Source of the DNA: Vicugna vicugna
Lineage: Eukaryota
Direction of reading: 5' to 3'
Length of the DNA: 64,000 bases
Assembly: GCA_013265495.1 (NCBI GenBank)
Contig: MU058065.1
Span: 7,068,302 to 7,132,301 of the forward strand
The notes below the pieces were generated by a model. The model was not told where the DNA came from. It saw only the letters and a program-made list of their open reading frames with translations, and did no database searches. The position numbers and the translations under genes were made by a program. Positions 61,649-64,000 of the stretch are shown piece after piece; position 1 is the first letter of the stretch; every line of letters begins with the position of its first letter.

Positions 61649-63129
61649 AGTGCTGTGCTGTAAGTGACGGGCGGCCCAGACAGCCTTGTGCTCCTAGAAT
61701 TCCCCGGGGCCCTGCTGCTCCTGCACGCCCAGTGCAGTCCCCCATCTGCAGGCTTTGTACCCAGAAGCGGTGGGCTCCAGGGCCCTGATGGGGAGAGACG
61801 CCTTCCCAGCCAAGCCAAGCCCTAATATCAGTGGAATACAGGATAGGCCCACCAAGTGCATGGCTAATATTCAAAAGTTGCAAACAGAGCTGCAAACTTG
61901 TATGCTCTTTCCCTCTTCCTTGACAAAAATCCCTTTATAACGATCTAGAATATCAGCTTCTAATTTAGAACTTCAGACTCAGGAGTACTTGGGAAGTTCA
62001 GAGCAGGGAGTACTGGTCCTGCCCGCCCCACCCAGCCTTGGGGAATCCCAGAAGGGCCTTTAAAGAATGGCCCAGGGAGGGGTCCCCTCCTGCCTGGCCC
62101 TGAGGGTGGTGCTGTCCTCAGCTTCCACCGGCTTGCTCGCTGTCTGGCTATCTATTCATATTCGACGGCTCAGTTTGTAAGAGTTTGTTCCTGTTTAAAA
62201 ACAGAGTGAGCTGATCCTGGGGCCCATGGCTGTGATGGCCCCGCGATTGACTCCCATGTGCTGGAAATCAACAGAACCCTTCATTCAAGCCATTTATGAG
62301 TAAACTGAACTCTTAAAAATCAAGTTGAAAAAGTGGTAGATCCCTCAAAACAATAAGGTAGCTTTCTCCCTGATATTGATGGCAACTGGAAAATGTTGAT
62401 AATTTTATAATTGAAGCTTTAGTGGGACATTTCTTGTGACACGCCCAGTGCAGTCAAAGTCTACAAGGGTAGAATGACTCGCAAGTTTCACACCAACTCT
62501 TCTTACTCCCTACATTGAGAAGAGAACACCATGAGCTCTGGTGAAAGTTGTTGCTTTTTAATCCATAACTGAATGTTTTTGTGAATCAGGGAAATCTCTT
62601 GGTTTGTCTTTCTAACACTCTCATCACCCGTCTGAAATTTCAGCTTCTCGGCACCTTCCCCCTATATGGATGCAAAATGAAGAGAATTCCAAACTTTGCG
62701 CCTGGCTCTTTTCCTCCAGAGGAATGACTTTCCAGTCTCCTTAGCCAATTACATCAACCGTAATTATTGAGTATGACCATGTGCCGGGCACCTGGTTGGC
62801 ACTTGGAGTGCAAGGGGAAATCAGACAGGTGTGGTCTTGACCCTCTTGATATTTACAAAATCTTTTTTTTTTTGAAGAGTAAGAGAGTGCTCAATCTCAG
62901 TGCAAAGCATTCTATTGCTTTAAATTTAAATACAATGAGGCTTCTTTTAATAGCCAAGTATCCCCTTAGTAATAAGTGGAGTGATAATTTCTTAGTCTTC
63001 TGTCTGATAGGAGGAGATGCGTCTCCAGGACCAATGCCTTTAAACAACTAAGAGACCGAGAGTGTCTAAAAATCCATCACAATGGGCTTGGCCACCAGCT
63101 CACTAAACTACCTGGATGGAGAGCTGTGG

Positions 63130-63540
63130 ATGGAGAATGGCCAGAGCAATGGCCCAAACATGGGAGCGTGCTGGCTGGGCTCTAGGAACAGCCAAAACGG
63201 CAGGTGCACTGAAACCAGGGTGGAAGAAGGGGTGATGGTAGGTAGGCAGCCCGAGGCCTAGTGGGCGGGCCCTGTACGGGCCTGATGAGTATAGCGTTTG
63301 TTTGAAATGGATGGAAAATTTTGGGGGGTTGAAGAACGGCATAAAACAAACACGCTCTGATTTGGGTTTTAAAAGGACCATCGGGCCGCTGTGGTAGGAG
63401 AGAGTGAAGTGATGCAAAGACAAAGAAGCAGAGGGACCAGTTAGGAGGTTAGTATGGGAAACACAAGGGAGATGATGCTGGCTCGGTCAGAGTGGAAGAG
63501 GGGAGACATGCCTACATTTAGTGTGTCTGTGTGTGGCACA
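63130..63540 (-). mobile_element. L2 LINE fragment
   Basis: GCTCTGATTTGGGTTTTAAAAGGACCA...GGGACCAGTTAGGAGG...GAGATGATG. Confidence 0.6.
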
Positions 63541-64000
63541 GACCGTATTTTAGACACTGAAATGGTATCTGGCACAGGGCAGGTGCTCAGATAGGGAAGG
63601 AATGAGAGGGGAGCGCCGTTGTGGGAGGTCAGGAGCCGGGAGAGAAGCGCAGGGTGCGCACAGCTCCAGAAAGCTCGCCTCCGAGCCTCTCTCTGCATCT
63701 CCCACACCTCTTTTGTTTACCCTGATGAGTGTGGAATAGAAATACCTTGTATGGGTCCAACCTAGCATCTCCTATTCCTAAACCTGTTGTTTTGTCCCTC
63801 CAGGACCCCTTCCTTGTTGGGACAGTGCTTCCTTCTCCTGGGACCTGTGCCCTGAATCCCTGCTTCCTGCATCCCCTGAAGTTTGCTTCAGGGCCTTTCG
63901 TCTCTCCTAGGCCCTCACCGCTTGCCTGTGGGGATCCTCACCCATTGCAGCCACACTACAAGTACTGCCAGTGGTCCCCTCCCCTGGGATGAGTCTGGGC

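Noticed and set aside
1..64000. Prokaryotic-type systems (CRISPR arrays, operons, defence islands) or a new multi-gene system
   Set aside because: The sequence is mammalian exon-intron and intergenic DNA; no regularly spaced repeat-spacer array or gene cluster was seen.

Overview
Mammalian genomic DNA, probably camelid: a vic-1-type tRNA-derived SINE is present, and I saw no Alu, BovB/Bov-tA or PRE1. Bases ~2.2-19.6 kb hold the 3' end of TNS1 (tensin 1) on the + strand. Ten coding exons with GT-AG boundaries join in frame (~647 aa): the Ser/Pro-rich region, SH2 domain and PTB domain, with the stop at 14984-14986, then a ~4.6-kb 3' UTR ending at a non-canonical poly(A) signal. In the remaining ~44 kb I recognised no protein-coding gene. 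It is rich in old transposons (MIR, L2, L1, MLT1 LTRs, an ERVL pol remnant, hAT and Tigger elements). I found no evidence of a new multi-gene system. Best leads: an L1 insertion with a 16-bp TSD and an apparent ~125-bp 3' transduction; a cluster of strong CTCF motifs downstream of TNS1; an MLT1 LTR that appears to supply the branch point of a TNS1 exon; and several 3' UTR and enhancer-like motif clusters. Repeat names come from recalled consensus sequences and their boundaries are approximate; nothing was searched computationally.
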